Assembly: GCA_943323545.2 (NCBI GenBank)
Contig: CALPIE020000001.1
Coordinates: 4,347 to 68,346, forward strand
DNA: 64,000 bases
Reading direction: 5' to 3'
Origin: Bifidobacterium breve
GTDB lineage: Bacteria; Bacteroidota; Bacteroidia; Flavobacteriales; Flavobacteriaceae
Shown: positions 11,491-21,772 of the stretch, one piece after another
How positions within the stretch are numbered: the first letter of the stretch is position 1
Layout: every line of letters starts with the position of its first letter
Translations under genes and position numbers: made by a program
The notes under the pieces: generated by a model
Databases searched by the model: none
Told to the model about the DNA's origin: nothing
Seen by the model: the letters and a program-made list of their open reading frames with translations, nothing else

Positions 11491-11865
11491 ATGACGGTAA
11501 TAAAATCATATAAGGATTTATTAATTTGGCAAAAAGGAATTGATATAATTATTAAATTATATGAATTAGTTGAAGGATTTCCAAAAGAAGAAATATATGC
11601 TTTAACTAGCCAACTAAAAAGAGCAGCAATTTCAATATCTTCCAATATTGCGGAAGGATATGGAAGAAATTCTACTCAAAGTTATATCCATTTTGTGAGT
11701 ATTTCTAGAGGTTCTTTATTTGAATTAGAAACACAATTAATAGTTGCCCAAAAATTGAAATTCATTAAAAATGAAACTTTATTTTCTGATTTAATGAATC
11801 AAATTACAGAAGAAAGTAAAATGATAAATTCATTTATAAATAAATTAGAATCTAGTAAAAATTAG
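11491..11865 (+). CDS. Four helix bundle protein (23S rRNA intervening-sequence protein family)
   Basis: YKDLLIWQK, FPKEEIYALTSQLKRAAISISSNIAEGYGR and RGSLFELETQL signature. Confidence 0.93.
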   Translation: MTVIKSYKDLLIWQKGIDIIIKLYELVEGFPKEEIYALTSQLKRAAISISSNIAEGYGRNSTQSYIHFVSISRGSLFELETQLIVAQKLKFIKNETLFSDLMNQITEESKMINSFINKLESSKN

Positions 11866-11900
11866 TTACTAATGCCTTTTGCCTAATGGCTATTGGCTAA
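11866..11900 (-). repeat. Heptamer array B (inverted relative to A and C)
   Basis: TTACTAA TGCCTTT TGCCTAA TGGCTAT TGGCTAA. Confidence 0.75.
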
Positions 11901-11910
11901 AATAAACATT

Positions 11911-12672
11911 ATGAGTGCAGCAAAAAACATCAATATAAACCTTAAAATTTGGCGTCAGAAAAACGCTAAAGCAAAAGGAAGCATGGAAACATACAAATTA
12001 GATAATGTTTCTACCGCTAGTTCATTTCTAGAAATGTTAGATCAATTGAACGAAGAATTAATTAATGACAAAAAAGAGCCAGTGGCTTTCGACCATGATT
12101 GTCGCGAAGGAATTTGTGGTATGTGTTCGCTATACATTAACGGACGTGCACACGGACCAGATACCGGAACCACAACTTGTCAATTACACATGCGTAAATT
12201 TAATGATGGAGATACCATTTATATTGAGCCATGGAGAAGTAAAGCATTCCCAGTAATTAAAGATTTAGTGGTAGATAGAAGTGCTTTCGATCGAATTCAA
12301 CAAGCAGGAGGTTTCGTTTCCGTAAACACTTCTGGAAGAACGATGGACGCGAATGCCATTCCAATTCCAAAACACGATGCAGACAAATCCTTTGAAGCAG
12401 CAGCTTGTATCGGTTGTGGTGCTTGCGTAGCAAGTTGCAAAAATGGTTCTGCGATGTTGTTCGTCGGAGCTAAAGTATCGCAATATGCTTTGCTTCCACA
12501 AGGGAAAGTAGAAGCAACTGCTCGTGTTTTAAACATGGTACGTCAAATGGATGAAGAAGGATTCGGAAATTGCACCAATACAGGTGCTTGCGAAATCGAA
12601 TGTCCAAAAGGTATTTCGTTAGAGAATATCGCTCGAATGAATAGAGAATATTTATCGGCGAGTTTGAAATAA
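11911..12672 (+). CDS. sdhB: Succinate dehydrogenase/fumarate reductase iron-sulfur subunit
   Basis: [20 protein letters not shown] and [12 protein letters not shown] clusters; ATG at 11911. Confidence 0.97.
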   Translation: MSAAKNININLKIWRQKNAKAKGSMETYKLDNVSTASSFLEMLDQLNEELINDKKEPVAFDHDCREGICGMCSLYINGRAHGPDTGTTTCQLHMRKFNDGDTIYIEPWRSKAFPVIKDLVVDRSAFDRIQQAGGFVSVNTSGRTMDANAIPIPKHDADKSFEAAACIGCGACVASCKNGSAMLFVGAKVSQYALLPQGKVEATARVLNMVRQMDEEGFGNCTNTGACEIECPKGISLENIARMNREYLSASLK

Positions 12673-12707
12673 AAAGTCAATAGCCATAAGACAAGAGGCA
12701 TTAGTTA
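12673..12707 (+). repeat. Heptamer array C after sdhB
   Basis: AAAGTCA ATAGCCA TAAGACA AGAGGCA TTAGTTA. Confidence 0.7.
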
Positions 12708-12738
12708 ACGCATTCTGTAATTGGGATGCGTTTTTTTT
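12707..12738 (+). terminator. Terminator of the sdh operon
   Basis: AACGCATTCTG-taa-TTGGGATGCGTT plus T run. Confidence 0.8.
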
Positions 12739-12790
12739 ATTGTTAAAAAAGTCAAATCAAGTATCTTTACTTAACATCAGAAGTAACCTC

Positions 12791-13630
12791 ATGAAAAAAA
12801 TTGTCTTTTTACTATTCACTTTTTTGTTTTTTAGTTGGTATAGCATTGCTCAAACGCTTAAGGTAATGACATATAACATTCGCTACGACAATCCCAAGGA
12901 TGGCGAAAATGCTTGGCCGAATCGTAAAGATTTTTTCTTATCGCAGTTGGTCTTTTACGCACCGGATGTTTTCGGAATTCAGGAAGCACTTCCCCATCAA
13001 GTCAAAGACATTGCCACTTTTCTTTCCAATTACAGTTACATCGGAATTGCCAGAGACGGCATCGAAAAAGGAGAATCTTCCAATATATTTTACAACAAAG
13101 ATCGTTTGGAAATGATTAATCAAGATACCTTTTGGTTGTCTGAAACTCCCGATGTCATTTCAAAAGGTTGGGATGCTGCACTCAATAGAATCTGCACTTA
13201 CGGGTTGTTTAAAGATAAGAAATCAAAACAACTGTTCTGGATTTTCAACACGCATATGGATCACATTGGCGAATTGGCGCGAACCAATTCTATTCAACTT
13301 ATACGTTACAAAATAAAAACCCTCAACACCAAAAATTATCCGGTGCTTTTTATGGGCGATTTTAATTCCGAACCCACAGAGGACAGAATCATCAATCTCA
13401 AAAAAGAAATGATAGACAGCAAAGATGCTTCCGAAGAAATTCCCTTCGGTCCATCAGGAACCTTCAATGCATTCAAACACAATGAACCCGTGACCAAACG
13501 AATCGATTATATTTTTTTTTCTAAAGAACATCCAATCAAAGTGAAGAAATACGGCGTTTTAAGCGATTCAAAAGACTTAAAATACCCATCTGACCATTTG
13601 CCTGTTTATATCGAAATTAATTTTAATTAG
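12791..13630 (+). CDS. Exported endonuclease/exonuclease/phosphatase (EEP) family protein
   Basis: MTYNIRY, GIQE, NTHMDH, MGDFN, RIDYIF, SDHLPV. Confidence 0.9.
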   Translation: MKKIVFLLFTFLFFSWYSIAQTLKVMTYNIRYDNPKDGENAWPNRKDFFLSQLVFYAPDVFGIQEALPHQVKDIATFLSNYSYIGIARDGIEKGESSNIFYNKDRLEMINQDTFWLSETPDVISKGWDAALNRICTYGLFKDKKSKQLFWIFNTHMDHIGELARTNSIQLIRYKIKTLNTKNYPVLFMGDFNSEPTEDRIINLKKEMIDSKDASEEIPFGPSGTFNAFKHNEPVTKRIDYIFFSKEHPIKVKKYGVLSDSKDLKYPSDHLPVYIEINFN

Positions 13631-13637
13631 ATGTTTT

Positions 13638-13727
13638 TGGGCGTTTTAACAGGCTATCCGCTTTATCTTTTGCATGTCCGATTGCCATCGGACCATACAA
13701 AAGGATATCGCTGCTATCCTGAACGCA
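13638..13727 (+). repeat. Structured intergenic repeat family A, copy 1
   Basis: GGCGT...GGCTATCCGCT..ATCTTTT...AAAAGGAT..CGCTGCTATCC...ACGCA, homologous to 24424 and 35438. Confidence 0.75.
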
Positions 13728-13764
13728 AGAAAATTTTACTATATTTGAATTGCAATTTTTCCAC

Positions 13765-16596
13765 ATGAAACCATTACAATTTTTAGGAGTTTTACTACTT
13801 CCTGTAGCTATTTTCAGTCAAAATCTTCATCAATACGTCAATCCCATGATAGGAACTGGAGGTCACGGCCACACCTATCCTGGAGCCACAGTACCTTTCG
13901 GGATGGTACAACTCTCTCCCGATACTAGAATAGATGGAAGTTGGGACGGTTGTTCGGGATATCACTACGACGACACCACGATTTACGGATTTTCACACAC
14001 CCATTTAAACGGAACGGGCTGTACCGATTATGGAGATATCATGTTGATGCCAACCATGGGAGAACCCAATTTCAATCCAAAGGAATACGGTTCGAAGTTT
14101 TCCCATTCCAATGAAAAAGCAACTGCTGGGTTCTATACTGTTAAGTTAGACAAGCACAACATCGATGTCAATTTAACCGCTTCCACACGCGTTGGATTTC
14201 ATCAGTATACTTTTAATAATGCAGGACAAGCTAACATCATCCTCGATTTGAACCATCGCGACAAATTGCTATATGGCGATGTGAAAATTATCGATAGTAA
14301 AACCATAGAAATTTTACGAAGAAGCGAGGCATGGGCGAAAGACCAATACGTTTATGCCCGAATTGAGTTTAGCAAATCGATGCAAATTAATAAAGCGGTA
14401 GCCAATCAGGAAAATAGAAAAGATTTCTTTTCAGGAACAGTTTTAAAAATTAGCTTTTCAAAACAAGTACAAAAAGGAGAAAGAATTCTAGTCAAAGTAT
14501 CACTTTCGCCAACGAGTTATGAAGGAGCAAAACTAAACATGTCTGAAATTAAAAACTGGGATTTCAATAAAGTAAAAGAAGATGCTGAACAACTTTGGAA
14601 TAAACAACTTTCAAAAATTGAAGTAACCGAATCCGATAAAGATAAACTATCAATTTTTTACACTGCTTTGTATCACACCATGTCACAACCCAATATCGCA
14701 CAAGACATCGATGGGAAATACCGCGGAAGAGACAATCAAATTCACCAAGCAGAAGGATTCGATTATTATTCGGTGTTCTCACTTTGGGACACGTTTCGCG
14801 CAGCACATCCCTTATATACGTTAATCGAAAAGAAACGCACTGCCGATTTCATCAATACCTTTCTAAAGCAATACGAACAAGGCGGACGATTGCCCGTTTG
14901 GGAATTGGCGTCGAACGAAACCGATTGCATGATTGGGTACCATTCCGTTTCAGTAATAGCTGATGCAATGGTAAAAGGCATCAAAGGATTTAATTACGAA
15001 AAAGCGTTCGAAGCTGCAAAACACTCCGCGATGCTTGATCATCTAGGATTAGAAGCATACAAAAGGCAAGGTTTTATTTCTATGGATGATGAACACGAAA
15101 GCGTTTCTAAAACCCTAGAATATGCTTACGACGATTGGTGTATTGCTCAAATGGCATTTATTTTAAACAAAAAAGAAGACTACGATTATTTCATGAAACG
15201 TTCCCAAAGTTGGAAGAACGTCTTTGATTGGAATGTCGGATTCATGCGTCCAAAGAAAAATGGCGGATGGGACAAACCTTTTGATGCTCGTGAAATCAAT
15301 AATAATTTCACAGAAGGCAATTCGTGGCAGTATTCGTACTTTGTACCACAAGACATTATCGGAATGGTTGCTGCTTATGGCGGAAACCAAAAATTTGAAG
15401 CCAAACTCGACGAAATGTTCAATAGCGAAAGTAAAACTACGGGTCGCGAACAAGCCGATGTTACGGGTTTAATTGGGCAATACGCTCACGGAAACGAACC
15501 TAGCCATCACATGACGTATTTGTACAACTTCATCGGCAAACCAGAAAAGACAACAGAAAAAGTACATTTTATTTTAGATAATTTCTACAAAAATGCACCA
15601 GACGGATTGATAGGCAATGAAGACTGTGGACAAATGAGCGCTTGGTATGTGTTAAGTTCGATGGGGATTTATGCAGTAACTCCGGGAAAGGCAGAATGGA
15701 GTTTGACAGTGCCCTATTTTAAAAACATAAAAGTAAATCTAGAGGACGGGAATATGAAAGAAATTAGCCCTGAAATGGTTCCTGGCGAGAGAAGCTATTT
15801 TGGGTTAAACCGTCCAGAACAATCTAATAATTTTGGATACGAATTTATTATTCCAGTTCCGGTTATTCTGGCAGAAAGTAAATCGTTTAAGGACAAGCTG
15901 ATGATTTCAATGGAGAATAACGATTTTAATAACAGATACAATCCGTATGTAGCTAAAATAAAGTATAAGATTGAAGATGAAACACAAAAAACAACTGATT
16001 TTAAAATCTATAGTGAACCTTTTGAAATAAACACATCATCTACAATTACGGCCTATTCTGTTATCAGTGTAGATGCAAAACTAGGTGGAAGCAGTCGTGT
16101 TTCAGCTACCTTCTTCAAAAAGCCAAACAACTATACTATAACTATTAAATCAACTTACGATAAACAATACCACGCAGGCGGACCAGATGGATTACTAGAC
16201 GGAATCAATGGTACAGAAAACTGGCGCAAAGGTGATTGGCAAGGCTATCAGGGACAAGATTTTGAATCCACTATCGATTTACAAATCGAAAAAAACATTT
16301 CGGATTTCAACGGAACATTCCTGCAAGATTCTCGTTCGTGGATATTAATGCCAACAAAAGTCGAATACTATGCATCTACTGATAATGTCAATTTCACGTT
16401 GGTGGGAACTGTCAACAATACTATAGATCCAAAAGAAACCGAAAACAAAATCACCAATTTCAGCTTCAAATCCAACAAGGAAATCAAAGCAAAATACATC
16501 AAAGTCAAAGCCTACAACTTCGGTAAATTACCCGAATGGCATCAAGGTGCTGGAGGCGAGGCTTATATTTTTGTAGACGAAATTACAATTAAATAA
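13765..16596 (+). CDS. GH92 alpha-mannosidase family glycoside hydrolase with C-terminal FN3-like/F5-8-like domains
   Basis: VNPMIGT, PFGMVQLSPDT, SLWDTFR, HGNEPSHH, GNEDCGQMSAWY. Confidence 0.93.
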   Translation: MKPLQFLGVLLLPVAIFSQNLHQYVNPMIGTGGHGHTYPGATVPFGMVQLSPDTRIDGSWDGCSGYHYDDTTIYGFSHTHLNGTGCTDYGDIMLMPTMGEPNFNPKEYGSKFSHSNEKATAGFYTVKLDKHNIDVNLTASTRVGFHQYTFNNAGQANIILDLNHRDKLLYGDVKIIDSKTIEILRRSEAWAKDQYVYARIEFSKSMQINKAVANQENRKDFFSGTVLKISFSKQVQKGERILVKVSLSPTSYEGAKLNMSEIKNWDFNKVKEDAEQLWNKQLSKIEVTESDKDKLSIFYTALYHTMSQPNIAQDIDGKYRGRDNQIHQAEGFDYYSVFSLWDTFRAAHPLYTLIEKKRTADFINTFLKQYEQGGRLPVWELASNETDCMIGYHSVSVIADAMVKGIKGFNYEKAFEAAKHSAMLDHLGLEAYKRQGFISMDDEHESVSKTLEYAYDDWCIAQMAFILNKKEDYDYFMKRSQSWKNVFDWNVGFMRPKKNGGWDKPFDAREINNNFTEGNSWQYSYFVPQDIIGMVAAYGGNQKFEAKLDEMFNSESKTTGREQADVTGLIGQYAHGNEPSHHMTYLYNFIGKPEKTTEKVHFILDNFYKNAPDGLIGNEDCGQMSAWYVLSSMGIYAVTPGKAEWSLTVPYFKNIKVNLEDGNMKEISPEMVPGERSYFGLNRPEQSNNFGYEFIIPVPVILAESKSFKDKLMISMENNDFNNRYNPYVAKIKYKIEDETQKTTDFKIYSEPFEINTSSTITAYSVISVDAKLGGSSRVSATFFKKPNNYTITIKSTYDKQYHAGGPDGLLDGINGTENWRKGDWQGYQGQDFESTIDLQIEKNISDFNGTFLQDSRSWILMPTKVEYYASTDNVNFTLVGTVNNTIDPKETENKITNFSFKSNKEIKAKYIKVKAYNFGKLPEWHQGAGGEAYIFVDEITIK

Positions 16597-16642
16597 TCTC
16601 TGTGTCTCCTCTGTGAACGCTGTGTAAAATAGAAAAAAAACC

Positions 16643-17410
16643 ATGAAAACAGCACTAATCCAAACGGCATTATCGTGGGAAAATCCCAGTGAAAACAGAA
16701 GTTTACTTCAAGAAAAGATAAACTCTATTTCGCAATATGTCGATATAATTATTTTGCCAGAAATGTTTACTTCTGGTTTCACCATGAATCCCGAAAAAGT
16801 CGCTGAAACCATGCAAGGCGAAACGATTTCTTGGTTAAAAAATTTGGCTAGAAGTAAAAATTGCGCCATAACGGGTAGTTTAGTTATTCAAGAAAACGGA
16901 AAGTATTTTAACCGCTTGGTTTTTGTTTTTCCGTCAGGAGAAATTCAACATTATGACAAAAGACATTTATTCACGTTAGCCGGCGAAGATAAAGTGTATA
17001 CAGCTGGTTCTGATAAATTAATTGTAAAGTATAAAGGATTTAATATTTGTCCGCTTATTTGTTACGATTTGCGCTTTCCTGTTTTTGCAAGAAATGTAGA
17101 AGATTATGATGTATTGGTATATGTAGCCAATTGGCCAAAACCACGTGTTAACGCTTGGGATATTTTACTAAAAGCACGCGCTGTAGAAAACATGAGTTAT
17201 GTTATTGGTGTGAATCGAATAGGTTCAGACAATAATAATTTGGAATATACAGGTCATTCACAAGTAGTCGATTTTCTTGGAAATTACATTCAGGAACCAC
17301 AAGAAAACGAAGGTATTTTTATTGTGGAATTTGATAAAGAGAAATTGAATGAAACCCGACAAAAATTACCGTTTTTAAACGATAAAGATAGTTTTGAAAT
17401 AAAAATTTAG
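16643..17410 (+). CDS. Nitrilase-family omega-amidase (YafV-like)
   Basis: LPEMF, YDKRHLF and ICYDLRFP give the catalytic E-K-C triad. Confidence 0.9.
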   Translation: MKTALIQTALSWENPSENRSLLQEKINSISQYVDIIILPEMFTSGFTMNPEKVAETMQGETISWLKNLARSKNCAITGSLVIQENGKYFNRLVFVFPSGEIQHYDKRHLFTLAGEDKVYTAGSDKLIVKYKGFNICPLICYDLRFPVFARNVEDYDVLVYVANWPKPRVNAWDILLKARAVENMSYVIGVNRIGSDNNNLEYTGHSQVVDFLGNYIQEPQENEGIFIVEFDKEKLNETRQKLPFLNDKDSFEIKI

Positions 17411-17437
17411 TTTAAGCTTTTTGGTTAAAATACCAAT

Positions 17438-17495
17438 GCACCGCCTAGCTCCTTCGCTAAAAAAGCCCACAGGGCTATTTTTTAATGCTCGGCCC
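17438..17495 (-). repeat. Hairpin repeat family C, copy 1 (overlaps the stop codon of the Ig-like gene)
   Basis: Minus strand GGGCCGAGCATTAAAAAATAGCCCTGTGGGCTTTTTTAGCGAAGGAGCTAGGCGGTGC aligns with 31387-31444. Confidence 0.7.
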
Positions 17496-19088
17496 ACCCA
17501 CATCAAAAGGCTGTTCCACATCCCAATTTGCCCTGACATCAATTTCTTTCGGGAAATAAATTACTTCCTCGCTTAATCGTTTTTCTAAATAACTTCCTGG
17601 TGTCCAAAGGCCATCTATGTCGTCATCATAAATCAATCGCAGGGTAAATTTTGCAGGTTCTACTAAATTAAAATTTATTGTTGTTTCTTTTTCGGAATAA
17701 TGGGTTGCTAGTATTTTTCCATCTTTATCTGTTAATTCTACAATTACAGGAAATCGTTTTACTTTTTCTAAAACAACTTTTAAATTTCCATAATCTGTTG
17801 TGTTTTGAGTTGTAAACGAATATTTTAAAGTATCATTTCTGTTTTCATAATAATCGGTAAAAGCGCCTGGAAAAACAGTAATGGCATATTTTTCCAAAGG
17901 TTGTCTCTCAAAATCAAAAACCAATTGTTGGTTCCACTCCTCATAATTGGTTTTAAATTTAACATTTGAGGAATCTTTGCTAATAATCTTGATTTTAGAA
18001 TTGTCAATATTAACTAAGGGGGTGGAAGAATTAATAATAAATTTTTCTCTAAAAGGCAAAACACCACCTCGTTGCATCGAAAAACTCATGGTGTCATTTT
18101 TCTGATCTTTTAGTTTCAAAACAAAACTTGTATTCTTTTTATATTTTAAAACTGTAATGGCAATCGAATCGTTTTTTATAGGCTTAAACCAAATTTGTAA
18201 CGAATCTTTTTTTGGTAATTTAGTTATCTTAAACGGAATGGCTTCATTACCTTTTCTAACTTCATATTTTACATCTTTTAAATCACCTTCATATCCAAGA
18301 GTAGCTCTATTTCCAGAAGATTGACTTGGTTTAAAGACATTAAAAGGAAGTCTTTCTTTAAACAATTCCAATTGGTATAACGTGTCATTCGGAACCGTAA
18401 TATAATCTTTAATAAATCCAATTTTATCGCTTTTCGGATTGAATTTATTGTTTTTATTTTCGTCTTTTAATGCAATCAATCGGTATTTTCCTTGCTTTAA
18501 ATTTTCTAATGTTACTATAGTCAAACTGTCTAATGAATTCGTTATGTACTTCGGCGTTTCCTTATAAATAGTAGAATCATTGTACTTTTCATTCACTTCA
18601 TACAACAAAAACGAAATAAATTTGTCCATTTTTTTCTCCAATGCATCTTTAAAAGTTGCTTTTAAAGCCAATGAATCGATGTAATTTCCTGTCGAAAAAA
18701 CATATTTAAATTGCCCCAAAGCGTTGCCTTCATTATTGTCTTCAATACTTTGCCCAAAATTAAAACTATAGGTAGTATTCGGCTGCAAACTGTCTTTTAA
18801 CTTAATGGTAATGAATTTACTAGCATTTATAGGTAAAATTTCTGGAGTTCTTTTCATAGGAGGTGAAACAATCAGCTGTTTACCAACATTCTTAAGTTTT
18901 ATATACTCATTAAAATACAATTTTATCTCTTTTCCCTTAAAGTTTACAGTACCATTTTTAGGCAAACTACTACGTAAAATCGGAGCCAATGTATCTTTAG
19001 AACCGCCAGTAATAGTACCTCTTTTAGCGCAACCAATTACAGAAAGCACCAAAATTAACAGCAAACATTTAAATAAAGTGTGTGACAT
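17475..19088 (-). CDS. Ig-like domain (Big_5)-containing lipoprotein
   Basis: Lipobox IGC-AKRGTITGGSKD..P, conserved Bacteroidota family adjacent to comF. Confidence 0.8.
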   Translation of the reverse strand: MSHTLFKCLLLILVLSVIGCAKRGTITGGSKDTLAPILRSSLPKNGTVNFKGKEIKLYFNEYIKLKNVGKQLIVSPPMKRTPEILPINASKFITIKLKDSLQPNTTYSFNFGQSIEDNNEGNALGQFKYVFSTGNYIDSLALKATFKDALEKKMDKFISFLLYEVNEKYNDSTIYKETPKYITNSLDSLTIVTLENLKQGKYRLIALKDENKNNKFNPKSDKIGFIKDYITVPNDTLYQLELFKERLPFNVFKPSQSSGNRATLGYEGDLKDVKYEVRKGNEAIPFKITKLPKKDSLQIWFKPIKNDSIAITVLKYKKNTSFVLKLKDQKNDTMSFSMQRGGVLPFREKFIINSSTPLVNIDNSKIKIISKDSSNVKFKTNYEEWNQQLVFDFERQPLEKYAITVFPGAFTDYYENRNDTLKYSFTTQNTTDYGNLKVVLEKVKRFPVIVELTDKDGKILATHYSEKETTINFNLVEPAKFTLRLIYDDDIDGLWTPGSYLEKRLSEEVIYFPKEIDVRANWDVEQPFDVGGPSIKK

Positions 19089-19157
19089 GTACAACAAATT
19101 TCAAGTCACAAAATAACAATTATATTTAGTGGAAACGAAATCTTTTATTATTTTATT

Positions 19158-19345
19158 GGGAGCTGATACCTGCTTTCCATTCCAGTCTTATTTCAACATG
19201 GCTTTTTTCTATGATTAAAAAGTAACTTTCTTTTAAATTCAAGAAAAAATAGCCATGTTCTCATAAGTATTTCCATTGCACACGGGTGAAGCGAATTGAC
19301 CGAATACAAAATCAAAATTATTATATCATGAGGTAATCAGGGCTA
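19158..19345 (+). repeat. Degenerate, interrupted repeat related to family A (GGGAGC..CCTGCTTTCCATT...TTTCCATTGC/AATCAGGGCTA)
   Basis: Internal ACATGGCT/AGCCATGT stem; same overall layout as family A, with an insertion. Confidence 0.5.
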
Positions 19346-19376
19346 AAGAATCCGTTAAAACAGATGAAATTACATC

Positions 19377-20057
19377 TTACTGCGTCATTGCCATACAAAC
19401 AATACTTACTTTCGCATCCGGAATTTTAAGCAAAGCCCTCGAACAAACCTCCAATGTAGCACCTGTGGTAATAATATCATCAATCAATAAGAAATGCTTG
19501 CCAATCATGGCTTCATCATAAACCACATCAAAAACAGCGGTATTTAATTCCGATCGTTTCAACAACGATTTTTTGGTTTGCGTTTTAGAATACACTTTTC
19601 GAACCAAAACACTGTCGTTATATGGAATATCCAAACTTTTCGACAACGATTTTCCAAAAGTTGTAACTTGATTGTAACCGCGTTGGTTTAACTTTTTAGG
19701 ATGCAAAGGAACCGGAATAATGCAATCAATTTGTTTTATTTGCGCAACGTTTTTTAATTCTTCCGCATACCATAATCCAATCATTTCGCCAATTTCTTCA
19801 TGTCCTTTGTATTTCAATTTGTGAATCATCTCTTGAACGATTCCCTTTTTCTGAAAATGAAATAAAGCCGCACCAAATTCAATAGGAATTCTTCCGTAAA
19901 ATTTTGAAATCGCTTCGTTTTTTGGATTGTTATGAAAATTGGTAAGTGGAATCTCGTGGCGACAAACGGTACAAAGTACCATTTCATCAGTTAGTAAAAA
20001 GGAATTACAACCACAGCAAACTCTAGGGAAAAACAAATTAATTAGGCTTTGAAACAT
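19377..20057 (-). CDS. comF: ComF family protein (double Zn-ribbon + PRTase fold)
   Basis: CxxC...CxxC, RGYNQ, LLIDDIITTGAT. Confidence 0.9.
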   Translation of the reverse strand: MFQSLINLFFPRVCCGCNSFLLTDEMVLCTVCRHEIPLTNFHNNPKNEAISKFYGRIPIEFGAALFHFQKKGIVQEMIHKLKYKGHEEIGEMIGLWYAEELKNVAQIKQIDCIIPVPLHPKKLNQRGYNQVTTFGKSLSKSLDIPYNDSVLVRKVYSKTQTKKSLLKRSELNTAVFDVVYDEAMIGKHFLLIDDIITTGATLEVCSRALLKIPDAKVSIVCMAMTQ

Positions 20058-20143
20058 GATAGATGGCTTAGATAACGATAAAATTAAATAAAAAAACAAT
20101 TCATTTCAATATTTAGTTTCACTTTTTATATTTTTGCACCATT

Positions 20144-21688
20144 ATGGCAAAACAAGAAGATTTATTTAAGAATGTAGTTTCGCATGCAAAAGAATACGGA
20201 TTTATTTTTCCGTCAAGCGAAATATACGACGGACTAAGTGCAGTATACGATTACGCACAAAACGGAGTTGAATTAAAGAAAAACATCCGCGAATACTGGT
20301 GGAAAGCGATGGTTCAAATGCACGAAAACATTGTCGGCCTCGACGCCGCGATTTTGATGCATCCAACAACATGGAAAGCTTCTGGTCACGTTGATGCCTT
20401 TAACGATCCATTAATTGATAACAAAGATTCGAAAAAAAGATACCGCGCCGACGTTTTAATTGAGGATTACGCCGAAAAATTAAACCTGAAAGCCAAAAAA
20501 GAAATTGAAAAAGCACGCGAGCGTTTCGGCGCTTCATTTGACGAAGAGCAATACAAAACGACCAATCCACGGGTAATGGAATACCTATCGAAAGAAAGAG
20601 AAATCCTTGAAAGAATGGGACGTTCACTAGGTGCTGGCGATTTGGAAGAAATAAAAGCGTTAATCGAAGAATTGGAAATTGCCGATCCGGAAACGGGTTC
20701 AAGAAACTGGACAGAAGTGCGTCAGTTTAACTTGATGTTCGGAACCAAATTAGGGGCTTCCGCTGATACCGCAATGGATTTATACCTTCGTCCGGAAACG
20801 GCACAGGGAATTTTCGTCAATTTCTTAAACGTACAAAAATCGGGGAGAATGAAAATTCCATTTGGAATTGCACAAACTGGTAAAGCGTTTCGAAATGAAA
20901 TCGTTGCACGACAATTCATTTTCCGTATGCGCGAATTCGAACAAATGGAAATGCAATTCTTTGTAAAACCCGGCGAAGAAATGAAATGGTACGAATACTG
21001 GAAAGATACACGATTAAAATGGCATTTATCACTCGGATTAGGAAAAGAGAACTACCGTTTTCACGATCATGAAAAATTAGCACATTACGCGAATGCTGCC
21101 GCAGATATCGAATTCAATTTCCCTTTCGGATTCAAGGAATTAGAAGGAATTCATTCAAGAACCGACTTCGATTTGAAAGCACACGAACAATACTCTGGTA
21201 AAAAAATGCAGTATTTTGATACAGATGAGAACAAAAATTACACACCGTATGTGGTAGAAACTTCGGTTGGTTTAGACAGAATGTTCTTAGCTGTTTTTGC
21301 AACTGCCTTGCAGGAAGAAACCTTAGAAGACGGTTCTACAAGAACTGTTCTTCGATTGCCATCTGTGTTAGCACCTACAAAAGCAGCGGTTTTACCATTA
21401 GTAAAAAAAGATGGTTTGCCAGACGTAGCTCAAAAAATCATCGACGATTTGAAATGGGACTTCACAGTAGCTTACGATGAAAAAGATGCAGTTGGTCGCC
21501 GTTACAGACGTCAGGATGCTTTAGGAACGCCATTCTGTATTACAGTAGATCATCAGACATTAGAAGATCAAACCGTAACGATTCGCCATCGTGATTCAAT
21601 GAAACAAGACCGCGTTAAAATTGCTGATTTAAAAGGAATTATTAATGATGAGGTTTCAATGAGGAATTGGTTATTGCGAACTAAATAG
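20144..21688 (+). CDS. glyQS: Glycine--tRNA ligase (alpha2 type)
   Basis: LRPETAQGIF, FRNEI..RQFIFRMREFEQME, anticodon-binding C-terminus. Confidence 0.96.
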   Translation: MAKQEDLFKNVVSHAKEYGFIFPSSEIYDGLSAVYDYAQNGVELKKNIREYWWKAMVQMHENIVGLDAAILMHPTTWKASGHVDAFNDPLIDNKDSKKRYRADVLIEDYAEKLNLKAKKEIEKARERFGASFDEEQYKTTNPRVMEYLSKEREILERMGRSLGAGDLEEIKALIEELEIADPETGSRNWTEVRQFNLMFGTKLGASADTAMDLYLRPETAQGIFVNFLNVQKSGRMKIPFGIAQTGKAFRNEIVARQFIFRMREFEQMEMQFFVKPGEEMKWYEYWKDTRLKWHLSLGLGKENYRFHDHEKLAHYANAAADIEFNFPFGFKELEGIHSRTDFDLKAHEQYSGKKMQYFDTDENKNYTPYVVETSVGLDRMFLAVFATALQEETLEDGSTRTVLRLPSVLAPTKAAVLPLVKKDGLPDVAQKIIDDLKWDFTVAYDEKDAVGRRYRRQDALGTPFCITVDHQTLEDQTVTIRHRDSMKQDRVKIADLKGIINDEVSMRNWLLRTK

Positions 21689-21702
21689 ATTGCAATTCAA
21701 AT

Positions 21703-21759
21703 AAAAAAAAGCCGCAGATTCACTGATTATATTTTAAATCAGCGAATCTGCGGCTTTTT
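21703..21759. terminator. Long bidirectional hairpin between convergent glyQS and arsR-like genes
   Basis: AAAAAGCCGCAGATT..CTGATT / AATCAG..AATCTGCGGCTTTTT. Confidence 0.8.
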
Positions 21760-21772
21760 ATCCCAACTCTAA

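Noticed and set aside
11491-11865. Diversity-generating retroelement (Avd-like gene)
   Set aside because: No reverse transcriptase or template/variable repeat pair in the window.
16597-16626. CTCTGTG-like triple repeat after GH92
   Set aside because: Very short with no inverted partner; noted only as a possible remnant.
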